Below are positions 46,643-57,921 of a stretch of 64,000 nucleotides of DNA, piece by piece. Numbering within the stretch: the stretch's first letter is position 1; the number at the start of each line of letters is the position of its first letter. The stretch comes from an uncultured Chloroflexia bacterium (GTDB lineage Bacteria; Chloroflexota; Limnocylindria; Limnocylindrales; CSP1-4). The notes under the pieces are model-generated. The model searched no databases. It had not been told where the DNA came from and was given only the letters and a program-made list of their open reading frames with translations. Position numbers and translations under genes: made by a program. The stretch spans positions 108,048-172,047 of the forward strand of contig CAWEJO010000007.1 in the NCBI GenBank assembly GCA_963809375.1, written 5' to 3'.

Positions 46643-47817
46643 CCGCGGAGGGCAGCCTCGCCCCCGGCGGCCCGCTCGCCGCCGACCCGGCGACGTACCG
46701 GCTGGTCGCGATCCCGGGCGACGGCGTCGGTCCCGACGTCCTGGCCGCCGCACGCCGTGTCCTCGACGCCGCGGGTCGCCGGTTCGGGTTCGCCGTGGAG
46801 TGGCAGCCGATCACGGTCGGCGGCGCCGCGATCGACGCGTATGGCGTGGCGATCCGTGACGAGGACCTCGCCGCGGCGGCTGACAGCGACGCCGTCCTGC
46901 TGGGCGCCGTCGGCGGCCCGAAGTGGGACGACCCGACGTCGCCGGTCCGGCCCGAGCAGGCGCTCTTCGCGCTGCGCGGGACGCTCGGCCTGTTCGCCAA
47001 CCTGCGCCCGGTCAGCGTCCACCCGACGCTCGTCGCGGCCTCCCCGCTGCGCCCCGAGCTCCTCGAGGGGGTCGACCTGCTGATCGTGCGCGAGCTGACC
47101 GGCGGGCTCTACTTCGGGGCCCGCTCGGAGGCGACCGGCGGCCCGCCCGGCACCCGGTCGGCGAGCGACACGCTGCCGTACTCGGACTTCGAGGTCGAGC
47201 GCGTCGTGCGCCTGGCCTTCGAGCTCGCCCGCGGGCGCCGCCGGAAGGTCACCAGCGTCGACAAGGCCAACGTCCTCGCGACGTCACGGCTGTGGCGGCG
47301 CGTCGCCCACGAGGTCGCGGCCGAGTTCCCCGACGTGGCCATCGAGGACCGCCTCGTCGACGCCTGCGCCATGCAGATCGTCCGCGCGCCGGCCTCCTTC
47401 GACGTGCTCGTGACCGAGAACCTCTTCGGCGACATCCTGTCCGACGAAGCGTCGGTGCTCGCCGGCTCGCTCGGCATGCTGCCCTCGGCGTCCGTCGGGA
47501 CGCGGCGCACCGCCCACGGCCTCCACGGCCTGTACGAGCCGATCCATGGCTCCGCCCCGGACATCGCCGGGATGGACGTCGCCAACCCGATCGGGACCGT
47601 CGCGTCGGCCGCGATGCTGCTGCGCTGGTCGCTCGGCCAGGCGGCGGCCGCTGACGCGCTCGAGGCTGCGATCGGCCGGGCCCTCGATCTCGGCTATCGC
47701 ACTGCCGACCTGTGGCCGCGCGAGCCAGCCCTGGCGGAGCGCTGCACGCGCGTCGGCACCCTGGGGATGGCGGACGCGATCGTCGCCGGGATCGACATCG
47801 CCGGGGCGGCCGCCTGA
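46639..47817 (+). CDS. leuB: 3-isopropylmalate dehydrogenase
   Basis: The GTG at 46639 overlaps the leuA stop (GTGA). Motifs IPGDGVGPDV, NLRP and NLFGDILSDEAS. Confidence 0.95.
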   Translation: MTAEGSLAPGGPLAADPATYRLVAIPGDGVGPDVLAAARRVLDAAGRRFGFAVEWQPITVGGAAIDAYGVAIRDEDLAAAADSDAVLLGAVGGPKWDDPTSPVRPEQALFALRGTLGLFANLRPVSVHPTLVAASPLRPELLEGVDLLIVRELTGGLYFGARSEATGGPPGTRSASDTLPYSDFEVERVVRLAFELARGRRRKVTSVDKANVLATSRLWRRVAHEVAAEFPDVAIEDRLVDACAMQIVRAPASFDVLVTENLFGDILSDEASVLAGSLGMLPSASVGTRRTAHGLHGLYEPIHGSAPDIAGMDVANPIGTVASAAMLLRWSLGQAAAADALEAAIGRALDLGYRTADLWPREPALAERCTRVGTLGMADAIVAGIDIAGAAA

Positions 47818-47879
47818 CGGCGGTCGCCGCAAACACCGGCCGACCCGATCCCGACCGACGCAGCACCCGGAGACCCGCC

Positions 47880-49601
<1,722 letters not shown>

Positions 49602-49611
49602 GGCAACCCAC

Positions 49612-50136
49612 GTGAGCGCGACGGGATTCCGGCTGGTTCGCTGGACGATCTCGACCGGGAGCAACGCCTCGACGCGCGCGGCGGTCGTCCTCGCCGCGGG
49701 CGATCACCAGTGGGAGGCAACGGCCGACGGCGCGGGCGCCATCGGGACGCTGTACGACGCGGTCGACGCCGCCCTCGAGGGCGTGCTCGGCGGGCGGGCC
49801 CGGCTCGTCGCGTTCGACGTGCACGCGATCGGCGAGACGGCCCAGGCCGATGCGCTCGTCGAGCTCGCCATCGAGCCCCCGAGCTCCGCGACCGGCGAGC
49901 GTGCCGCCGGCCGCTACCCGGGCAGCGCCCGTCACGTCAACCTGGTCGCCGCCTGCGCCGAGGCGTACCTGGCGGCGATCGGGGCGCTGCTCGACGACGA
50001 CGCCTGGGCGGGGGCGACCGAGGCGGCCGGCAACAGCCGGCTGGCGGAGGTGCGCGCGCAGGCGGCCCGCGCCTCGGCGCGCGCCGAGCTGGACGACGCC
50101 GTCGCGCCGGAGCCGATCGACTGGTTCAACCGCTAG
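49612..50136 (+). CDS. Standalone LeuA-dimer/allosteric-domain-like protein
   Basis: GTG at 49612 with GAGG 8 nt upstream. FRLVRWTISTGSNAS..AVVL......EATADGAGAIGTLYDAVDAAL.....RLVAFDVHAIGETAQADALVEL ... NLVAACAEAYLAAIGALL parallels the C-terminal domains of leuA and cimA in this window. It has no catalytic TIM barrel. Confidence 0.5.
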   Translation: MSATGFRLVRWTISTGSNASTRAAVVLAAGDHQWEATADGAGAIGTLYDAVDAALEGVLGGRARLVAFDVHAIGETAQADALVELAIEPPSSATGERAAGRYPGSARHVNLVAACAEAYLAAIGALLDDDAWAGATEAAGNSRLAEVRAQAARASARAELDDAVAPEPIDWFNR

Positions 50137-50225
50137 GGCGACCCGCTGGACGCGACCCCTCGCGACCCTCCGGTTCCCCGGCCGAGTCCGGGCAGCCCGT
50201 GGCGTCCGGCCCGTATGCTGCACAG

Positions 50226-51092
50226 GTGGACGACGTGCGACCGGCGGTGATCGCGTTCTCCGGCGAGCCGGGGTCCTTCGCCGAGGACGCCGTCCGGGCC
50301 TGCTTCGGCGACGGGCTCGCCACCCTGCCGGTGGTCGGCTTCCGCGCCGTCTTCGAGGCGGTCACGTGCGGCGACGCGGCCGCCGGGATCATTCCGATCG
50401 AGAACCTCGTCAACGGCACCGTCCGTGAGAACTACGACCTCCTCCTCGAGTTCGAGCTCGACGTCCTGGCCGAGGTGGTCGTGCCGGTCCGGCTCTGCCT
50501 GGCGGCGCTGCCGGGCGAGACGATCGACGGGATCGAGCGCGTCTACTCGCACATCCAGGCGCTGGGACAGGCCGACCTCTTCCTGCGCCAGCGCCCGTGG
50601 ACGCTGCTCACGACGTACAACACCGCCGGAGCGGGGCGGTCGATCGTCGATCGCGGGGAGCGCGGCGCGGCAGCCGTGCTGTCGCCGCGCGCGGCCGCGC
50701 TCTACGGCCTGACGGTGCTCGCCGCCGACATCCAGTCGCGGCCCGACAACCGGACCCGCTTCCTGCTCGTCGCGCGGCCCGGCGCCACCGTCCCCCCGAT
50801 CAGCCCGGCCGTCGCCGACCCGGACGGCGCGGTCCGGATCACCCTCGTCGTCGGTGTCCGCAACGAGCCAGGGACGCTGCTGCGCGTCCTGCAGGTCTTC
50901 GCCGACCACGACCTGAACATGTCGACGCTCGAGAGCCGACCGGCCCGCAACCGGCCGTGGGAATACGTCTTCTGGATCGACCTCGACGCCGACGCGACCG
51001 CGCCGGCGGCCCGCGCCGCCCTCGACGAGCTGCGCGGCGTGACGACCTCGCTACGGGTCCTCGGCAGCTATCGCCGCGGCGCCCAGGGATAG
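50226..51092 (+). CDS. pheA: Prephenate dehydratase
   Basis: GTG at 50226. PDT domain (IAFSGEPGSFAED, IPIENLVNGTV, DNRTRFLLV) followed by an ACT domain with the ESRP motif (TLESRPARNRPWEYVFWIDL). Confidence 0.85.
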   Translation: MDDVRPAVIAFSGEPGSFAEDAVRACFGDGLATLPVVGFRAVFEAVTCGDAAAGIIPIENLVNGTVRENYDLLLEFELDVLAEVVVPVRLCLAALPGETIDGIERVYSHIQALGQADLFLRQRPWTLLTTYNTAGAGRSIVDRGERGAAAVLSPRAAALYGLTVLAADIQSRPDNRTRFLLVARPGATVPPISPAVADPDGAVRITLVVGVRNEPGTLLRVLQVFADHDLNMSTLESRPARNRPWEYVFWIDLDADATAPAARAALDELRGVTTSLRVLGSYRRGAQG

Positions 51093-51192
51093 CGCCCGGG
51101 CGTCGGATGTTCCATGGCCCCGGCCGTTCGAGGGCGCAGGCCGCGGCCGCGACCTGGCGCGGGCGGGGGAACCGCGGGTCGCCGGCCGGTGT

Positions 51193-51771
51193 ATGAGGTC
51201 CGTCGAACACGTGGAGGGCCGTCCGCTGGACGACGCTGAGCTCATCGAACGCGCGAGGCAGGACGACATGGCCGCGTACGCCGAACTCGTCCGCCGGTAC
51301 CAGGCGCCGGCGCTCCGAACGGCGGCGCTGCTGGCCGCCGATGCCGACGATGCGGAGGAAGCCGTCCAGGACGCCTTCGTCAAGGCGCACCGCGCGCTCG
51401 GGCGCTTCCGCGACGGGGCCCCGTTCCGGCCATGGCTCCTGCAGATCGTGGCCAACGAAGCCCGCAACCGGCGTCGCTCCGCCGGCCGGCGCCGCGGCCT
51501 CGCCCTGCGCGTCGCCGAGGACCTCACCTCGTCCGACGCGGCCCCGTCGCCCGAGGTGGTGGTCCTCGGCCGCGAGGCCCGCGAGACGCTCCTCGCGGCC
51601 GTCAGCCGCCTTGGCCCGGACGACCGCCTCGTCATCGGCTACCGCTACTTCATGGACCTCTCGGAGGCCGAGATGGCCGACGCCCTGGGGGTCGCGCGGG
51701 GCACGGTCAAGTCGCGGCTGTCGCGGGCGATCGCGCGATTGCGGGCCGTCCTGCCGGAGACGCCGCGATGA
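51193..51771 (+). CDS. ECF-type sigma-70 family factor
   Basis: Region 2 (AYAELVRRYQAPALRTA ... DAEEAVQDAFVKA ... FRPWLLQIVANEARN) and region 4 (DLSEAEMADALGVARGTVKSRLSRA). Confidence 0.85.
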   Translation: MRSVEHVEGRPLDDAELIERARQDDMAAYAELVRRYQAPALRTAALLAADADDAEEAVQDAFVKAHRALGRFRDGAPFRPWLLQIVANEARNRRRSAGRRRGLALRVAEDLTSSDAAPSPEVVVLGREARETLLAAVSRLGPDDRLVIGYRYFMDLSEAEMADALGVARGTVKSRLSRAIARLRAVLPETPR

Positions 51772-52784
51772 GCGGGCACGGCCGCGAGACGGCGGCGTGG
51801 CTGGCCGCTCTGTCGGACGCGGAGCTGGCGGCGGCCCTCGCCGACCTGGGGCGCTCGCTCGCAGCCCCGGCGCCCGTGGACCTGCCGGGCTCGGTGGTGG
51901 GCAGGCTCTCGGAGGGGCGCGACGGCGCCCCTCGCCGGAGCGGAACCTCGCCACGCCGGCCGCGCTCGTCGGGCTGGCCAGGCCCGTCCGGCTGGACGCG
52001 GTGGCTGCCGGGCCACCTGCCTCATGGCGCATCCGTTCGCCGGGCCGTGGTCCTTGCCGTGATCGCCGCGCTGGTCCTGGCGGGGATCGCCGCGGCCCTG
52101 GGCTTTGGCCTGCCCGGGATCCGGATCATCTTCGGGCCGGGGCCAAGCGCGGTACCGTCGGCCGTCCCTTCCTCCGGGTCGGGCGGCTCGCGGGCCCCGG
52201 GAACCTCGGCGGGTTCGGCGGGCGCAGGCGCCTCTGCGGGGGCGACAGCCGGCGCCGCGGCTGCCGGCGCAACCCCGCCCACGGCCGAAGGGTCGCCCCA
52301 GCCTCTCGGCGCCGGCCTCGCGCTGGGCCAGCCGGTGTCGCTGGCCGACGCACGGGCGGCGGCCGGCTTCCCGGTCGGCGTGCCGTCGCTCTCGGGCCTG
52401 GGACCGCCGGACGGCGTGTGGATCGATCCGAGCAGCGCTCCGCCGGTCGTTTCCCTGGCCTGGCGGTCCAGGCCTGCGGCCGCGGGGACCGCCGGCGTGG
52501 GCGTCCTCCTGAGCGAGCTGCCCGGGCGGATCGAGACCGCGTACTTCGGGAAGTTCGTGAACTCCGGCACGACCATCACGCCGACCGCCGTGGGTGACGG
52601 AGGCTGGTGGATCACCGGTGCGCCGCACGAGGTGGCGTTGATCGGACCGGACGGGAACGTCCGCTTCGACACGGTCCGCCTGGCCCGCAACGTCCTGCTC
52701 TGGACTGCTGGCGGGGTGACGTTCCGGCTCGAGACGTCCCTCGACGAAACAGGCGCGCTCGAAGTAGCACGCTCGGTCCATTGA
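51768..52784 (+). CDS. Putative membrane-anchored anti-sigma factor / hypothetical
   Basis: The ATG at 51768 overlaps the sigma stop (ATGA). It has a single TM helix (AVVLAVIAALVLAGIAAALGF) followed by an extracytoplasmic domain. The assignment rests on position and topology only. Confidence 0.45.
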   Translation: MSGHGRETAAWLAALSDAELAAALADLGRSLAAPAPVDLPGSVVGRLSEGRDGAPRRSGTSPRRPRSSGWPGPSGWTRWLPGHLPHGASVRRAVVLAVIAALVLAGIAAALGFGLPGIRIIFGPGPSAVPSAVPSSGSGGSRAPGTSAGSAGAGASAGATAGAAAAGATPPTAEGSPQPLGAGLALGQPVSLADARAAAGFPVGVPSLSGLGPPDGVWIDPSSAPPVVSLAWRSRPAAAGTAGVGVLLSELPGRIETAYFGKFVNSGTTITPTAVGDGGWWITGAPHEVALIGPDGNVRFDTVRLARNVLLWTAGGVTFRLETSLDETGALEVARSVH

Positions 52785-52905
52785 GGTCGGCGCGACGGCG
52801 TGGCGCGCTGTTCGCGGGCATGGTCCGCGAACGAGGGTCCGGCGGGAACCGGCACGTTCGCCGCGGTGTACAAGGCGTGACGTTCCCCACCAGGAGGCTC
52901 CTCCC

Positions 52906-54258
52906 ATGCGCCGCGTCCCGATCGTCCTCCTCGCCGGCCTGCTGGCGGCCGGCTGCGCCGCCGCGAGCACCACCCCTCCGGGCGCCGGCCCGGCGACCGT
53001 CCCTCCGCCGGCACCGACCCGGTCGAGCACGCCTCCCGCCGCGTCGGGCGCTCCGGCGGTGCCGCCAGCTGCCGGAGCAACGCCGCCCGCCGCCCCACGC
53101 GCCGCAACCGACCTCATCCTGGCCCGGCGCGCCGACCATCTTGCGATCCTCGACGGCGGCAACCTCGAGCGCCTCTTCGAGGTGCCGGCCGGCGTCGGCA
53201 CGCCCGACTGGCTGACCGTCTACACGGCCACCCCCGACGGGGCCGGCACCCGCGTGTCGCGGCTGCGCGTCGAGGACGGCGGGGCCGCCCAGCGCCAGCA
53301 GTCGATCCCGGGCCGCTTCGTGCCGGCCACGCTGGGCCCGGCCGGGGCGACCGTCGGCCTCTCCGGGGACGGGCGCACGCTCGTCCTGGTCGATCCGGCG
53401 CCGCCGGCGGGGCACAGCCGGCTGGCGATCCTGTCGACCGCGCTCGACGCGCCGGCGAGGATGGTCACGCTGGCGGGCGACTTCACGTTCGACACGATGA
53501 CACCGGACGGACAGCGGCTGTACCTGGTCGAGCACCTCGCGAAGGAGGCGGGCGGCGACTACGTGGTGCGCTCCTACGACATGGCGAAGCGCGCCCTCGA
53601 TCCGGGCATCGTCGCCGCCAAGAGTGACAGCGGCGAGGCGATGGCCGGCACGCCGATCGAGCAGGTGATTGGCACCGGCGGCTGGGTGTTCACCCTGTAC
53701 ATCGGCCCCGACGGGCCGTTCGTCCACGCCCTGAGCACGATCGACCGGGTCGCCATGTGCATCGACCTGCCGGTGTCGCCGGGGGCCGACGCGGCGACAC
53801 CCGGTTGGGCCCTCGCCGCCGACGCCGGCCGCACGGTCCTGTACGCCGTGAACGCCAGCCTCGGGCGGATCTACCAGATCGACCCGGCGGCTCCGACCGT
53901 GGTGCGCGCGGCCGACCTGGCGACGGCGGGCACCCCGGTCATGACCCTGGCCAAGTTCGATGGGCCGCCCGGCGCGGCAGGGACGAATGCAGCGCTGTCG
54001 CCGGACGGCTCCACGCTCTACGTGGTCGCCCCGACGGGGGTGCTGGCGGTCTCGACGGGCGACCTGAAGGCGCGCGCCCGCCTCCTCCCCGACCGCGCGG
54101 TCGCCGGGATCGGCGTCTCGGCGGACGGACGGGCCATCTATGCGCTTGGCCGCGACGGCCGGATCCTGAGCGTGGACTCGGTGACCGGCACGCCGCTCGG
54201 CGTCCTGCAGGGCACGGGCTACGACGCCATCCTGCGCGTCGTCGGCGCACACCCCTGA
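52906..54258 (+). CDS. Lipoprotein with YVTN/beta-propeller-like repeats
   Basis: Lipobox LLAAGC, then repeated segments of the type DG.TLYVV/..GRAIYAL (LSPDGSTLYVVA, VSADGRAIYALG, MTPDGQRLYLVE). Confidence 0.6.
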   Translation: MRRVPIVLLAGLLAAGCAAASTTPPGAGPATVPPPAPTRSSTPPAASGAPAVPPAAGATPPAAPRAATDLILARRADHLAILDGGNLERLFEVPAGVGTPDWLTVYTATPDGAGTRVSRLRVEDGGAAQRQQSIPGRFVPATLGPAGATVGLSGDGRTLVLVDPAPPAGHSRLAILSTALDAPARMVTLAGDFTFDTMTPDGQRLYLVEHLAKEAGGDYVVRSYDMAKRALDPGIVAAKSDSGEAMAGTPIEQVIGTGGWVFTLYIGPDGPFVHALSTIDRVAMCIDLPVSPGADAATPGWALAADAGRTVLYAVNASLGRIYQIDPAAPTVVRAADLATAGTPVMTLAKFDGPPGAAGTNAALSPDGSTLYVVAPTGVLAVSTGDLKARARLLPDRAVAGIGVSADGRAIYALGRDGRILSVDSVTGTPLGVLQGTGYDAILRVVGAHP

Positions 54259-54460
54259 CGCCGGGCGTACGGTCAGGCGCGACAGCGCGGCGGGGCGCGC
54301 GCGAGCGCGCGGGGAGCGGGCGCGGAAGCGCGGCCGCCCGCCCCTGCCGCCCGCCCCTGCCGCCCGCCCGCCGCGACCCCGCCCGCCGCGACCGGCGGGT
54401 GATACCCTCGGCTCCCGGGCCGGACCGGACGGTTCGGCAGCGCGGCGGCGGAGGTTGGCG

Positions 54461-56134
54461 ATGGCTGGGACATTCAGGGACGCGATGGCCCAGGGCTACG
54501 CCCTCGCCGAGCCTGGCATCGTCCTCGGGGCGCCGATGGACGGCACGACCGCCATCCCCGACATCCGCGTCCAGGTCGCCGTGTCGATGCTCAACCGGCA
54601 TGGCCTCGTCGCTGGAGCGACGGGCACCGGCAAGACCAAGACGCTCCAGCTCATCGCCGGCCAGCTCTCGCTCGCGGGCGTGCCCTGCTTCATCGCCGAT
54701 ATCAAGGGCGACGTCTCGGGCATGGCCGCCCCGGGCGACGCGACCAACCCGAAGGTGACCGCGCGCGCCACCGAGCTCGGCTATGACTGGCAGCCGGCCG
54801 GCCACCCCGTCGAATTCCTGTCGCTGTCGGGGGCGCTCGGCGCCCAGGTCCGGGCCAGCGTCCACAGCTTCGGGCCGCTCCTGCTCGGGCGCGTCCTCGG
54901 CCTCAACGAAACGCAGACGAGCATCCTCTCGCTCGTCTTCAAGTACTGCGACGACCACGACCTGCCGCTCCTGAACCTCGACGACCTCTCGACCACGCTC
55001 AAGTACCTCGGCAGCGACGATGCGAAGGAGATCCTGGCCGACTACGGCGGCATCTCGCCCGCCAGCCTCGGCGTCATGATCCGGGCGATCATCGGGATGG
55101 AGCAGCAGGGTGCCGACGTCTTCTTCGGCGAGCCGGAGTTCGACGTCGACGACCTCCTGCGGGTCACGCCCGATGGCCAGGGCATCATCAGCCTCCTCGA
55201 GCTGTCCGACGTCATGGACAAGCCTTCGCTCTTCAGCACGTTCATGCTCTGGATGCTGGCCCAGCTCTACGAGGCCCTGCCCGAGGCAGGCGACCTGCCG
55301 AAGCCGAAGCTGTGCTTCTTCTTCGATGAGGCGCACCTCCTGTTCGACGACGCCTCCAGCGAGCTGCTGTCCCAGATCGAGCGGACTGTCAGGCTCATCC
55401 GCTCGAAAGGCGTCGGCGTCTACTTCATCACCCAGGTGCCGACGGACGTGCCGTCGTCGGTGCTCGCCCAGCTCGGGAACCGGGTGCAGCACGCGCTCCG
55501 CGTGTTCACGCCCGATGACGCGGACAACCTGAAGAAGACCGTCCGAACCTTCCCGATGACCGACTTCTTCGATACGGGCACGACGATCACCTCGCTCGGG
55601 ATCGGCGAGGCGCTCGTGACGGTTCTCTCTCCAAGGGGCGTTCCCACAGCCCTTGCGCCGACCCGGCTGGTGCCGCCCAATTCGCTGATGGCCGCGCTCC
55701 CCCCGGACCAGCTGGAGCAGCGGATCGTCGGCGGCGCGCTCTACGCGAAGTACCACGAGACAGTCGACCCGCAGAGCGCGCACGAGATCATCACGGCCCG
55801 CATCGCGGCGGCGAAGGCGGCCACGGCCGGGATGGCGGCGGCCGGGCCGGGTTCGGCCACGAGCCCGACGGCCGAACGGAAGGCGATCGAGGCGCGGGCG
55901 AAGGAGCTCGAGCGGATCCGGATCCAGGCCGAACGCGAGGCACGGGCCCAGGCCAAGGAGCAGGCCCGCCTGGACGCCGCGGCCCAGCGCGAGGCGGACC
56001 GCCAGGCCCGCGAGCACCAGCGGGTGGTCGAGCAGTCGATGCGCTCGATGACGCGGGTTGCGACATCGCGGGCCGGCCAGGACGTCCTGCGGGGCGTCTT
56101 CGGGACGCTCTTCGGGGGCCCGAAGCGGCGCTGA
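54461..56134 (+). CDS. HerA-like/DUF853 (YjgR-type) P-loop ATPase
   Basis: ATG at 54461 with GGAGG 6 nt upstream. Walker A GATGTGKTKTLQ, Walker B-like LCFFFDEAHLLF, and a charged coiled C-terminus. Confidence 0.85.
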   Translation: MAGTFRDAMAQGYALAEPGIVLGAPMDGTTAIPDIRVQVAVSMLNRHGLVAGATGTGKTKTLQLIAGQLSLAGVPCFIADIKGDVSGMAAPGDATNPKVTARATELGYDWQPAGHPVEFLSLSGALGAQVRASVHSFGPLLLGRVLGLNETQTSILSLVFKYCDDHDLPLLNLDDLSTTLKYLGSDDAKEILADYGGISPASLGVMIRAIIGMEQQGADVFFGEPEFDVDDLLRVTPDGQGIISLLELSDVMDKPSLFSTFMLWMLAQLYEALPEAGDLPKPKLCFFFDEAHLLFDDASSELLSQIERTVRLIRSKGVGVYFITQVPTDVPSSVLAQLGNRVQHALRVFTPDDADNLKKTVRTFPMTDFFDTGTTITSLGIGEALVTVLSPRGVPTALAPTRLVPPNSLMAALPPDQLEQRIVGGALYAKYHETVDPQSAHEIITARIAAAKAATAGMAAAGPGSATSPTAERKAIEARAKELERIRIQAEREARAQAKEQARLDAAAQREADRQAREHQRVVEQSMRSMTRVATSRAGQDVLRGVFGTLFGGPKRR

Positions 56135-56436
56135 CCGGCAGCCCGCGCCCGGCGGCCTTGCCGCGGGTCAGCGGACCGGTCGACTCGTGCTCTGCCGCAG
56201 CTCGCGGCAGCTCGGCCGCCGCCCCTCGGCGACGACCCACGTCGGCGAGGCCGCGGGCAATGCCGAGGTGCCCCCGTCGACGTGACCGGCCTCGCGCCGT
56301 TTCACCGCCCGGCCCACGGTCCGCCGGGGGGCCCGCGACCGGGCGCGCGTAGAATTCCGCCACTCGCCGACGATCTCGCCCCGCGACGCGGACACCGCTC
56401 CGCTCCACCACCCCGCCGCCCGCAGGAGCCGACGCC

Positions 56437-57882
56437 ATGGCCACCGCCACGAACCTGGTCCCCCACAAGATCTTCCTGGCCGGCCGCTGGGTCGACTCGC
56501 CGGACCTGCTCACCGTGGAGAACCCCGCGCGCCCCGGGGAGCCGGCAGGCCTGACGTACTCGGCGACCGCCGAGCAGTACGAAGCGGCGGTGAGCGCCGC
56601 GGTGGCGGCCTTCGAGATCACCCGCCACCTGCCGGCCTATGAGCGCGCGGCGATCCTGCGCGGCATCAGCGCCGGGATCAGGGCGCGTCGCGAGGAGCTC
56701 GGCCGGCTCATCTCCCTCGAGGCAGGCAAGCCGATCCGCGATGCCCTGGTCGAAGTCGATCGGGCGGTCCTGACCTTCCGTCTCGGGGCCGAGGAGGCGG
56801 AGCGGATCGGCGGCGAGGTGATCCCGCTCGACCTGATGGCCTCCAGCAAGGGTCGGATCGGGATCACCCGGCGATTCCCGGCTGGTCCGGTGGCCGCCAT
56901 CTCCCCGTTCAACTTCCCGCTCAACCTGGCGGCGCACAAGCTGGCGCCCGCCATCGCGGCCGGGTGCTCGATCGTCCTGAAGCCGCCCTCCAAGGATCCG
57001 CTCGTGATGCTGGCGGTCGGCGAGATCATCGAGGAGGCCGGAGCACCGGCCGGCTCGGTGAGCATCCTGCCGATGAGCCGCGAGCTCGGCGACCGCCTCG
57101 TCGCCGACGACCGGTTCGCCGTCCTGACCTTTACGGGGTCACCGGCCGTCGGGTGGTCGATGAAGGCGCGGGCGGGGCGCAAGAAGGTCATCCTCGAGCT
57201 CGGCGGGAACGCTGGCGTCATCGTCGACCAGTCGGCCGACCTCGACTGGGCGGTCCGAAGGATCACGGTCGGGGCGTTCGCCTACAGCGGACAGGTCTGC
57301 ATCAGCGTGCAGCGGATCTTCGTCCACGACGCCGTGTACGACGCGTTCATGGAGAAGTTCGTGGCCGCGGCCGGCGCGCTCCGGCTGGGCGACCCGACGT
57401 CGCCCGAGACGGACCTCGGGCCGATGGTGGACGAGAAGGCCGCCGCCCGGACCCAGGCCTGGGTGGACGAGGCGGTCGCCGCGGGTGCCCGCGTGCTGCT
57501 CGGCGGAACCTCTGACGGGACGTACTTCCCGCCGACGATCCTCGTCGACGTGCCGCGCGCCGCGCGCGTGTGCTCCGAAGAGGCATTCGCCCCCCTCGTC
57601 GTGATCGAGCGCTTCGGGACCTTGTCCGACGCGATCGCGGGCGTCAACGCGTCGCGCTTCGGGCTGCAGGCGGGCGTCTTCACCAACGACCTCGGCGGCG
57701 CGTTCGACGCGTTCGCCGCGCTCGAGGTGGGCGGCGTGATCCTCAACGACATCCCGACCTACCGGATCGACCACATGCCCTACGGCGGCGTGAAGGACTC
57801 CGGGCTCGGGCGGGAGGGCCTGCGCTACGCCGTCGAGGACATGACCGAGATCCGGATCCTGGTGGTCGCCCGGCCGCAGTAG
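56437..57882 (+). CDS. NAD(P)-dependent aldehyde dehydrogenase
   Basis: 481 aa with FNFPLNL, ELGGNAG and catalytic-Cys context GQVCISVQRIFV. The substrate cannot be determined. Confidence 0.9.
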   Translation: MATATNLVPHKIFLAGRWVDSPDLLTVENPARPGEPAGLTYSATAEQYEAAVSAAVAAFEITRHLPAYERAAILRGISAGIRARREELGRLISLEAGKPIRDALVEVDRAVLTFRLGAEEAERIGGEVIPLDLMASSKGRIGITRRFPAGPVAAISPFNFPLNLAAHKLAPAIAAGCSIVLKPPSKDPLVMLAVGEIIEEAGAPAGSVSILPMSRELGDRLVADDRFAVLTFTGSPAVGWSMKARAGRKKVILELGGNAGVIVDQSADLDWAVRRITVGAFAYSGQVCISVQRIFVHDAVYDAFMEKFVAAAGALRLGDPTSPETDLGPMVDEKAAARTQAWVDEAVAAGARVLLGGTSDGTYFPPTILVDVPRAARVCSEEAFAPLVVIERFGTLSDAIAGVNASRFGLQAGVFTNDLGGAFDAFAALEVGGVILNDIPTYRIDHMPYGGVKDSGLGREGLRYAVEDMTEIRILVVARPQ

Positions 57883-57921
57883 GGGCGACGCGCCGGCCGG
57901 GCGGCGCGTGGGACGGGGAGC

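Noticed and set aside
54461-56134. HerA-like P-loop ATPase, considered as part of an anti-phage defence system.
   Set aside because: It matches the standalone DUF853/YjgR type. It has no partner effector (Sir2, nuclease, DUF4297) next to it; the neighbours are a lipoprotein and an aldehyde dehydrogenase.
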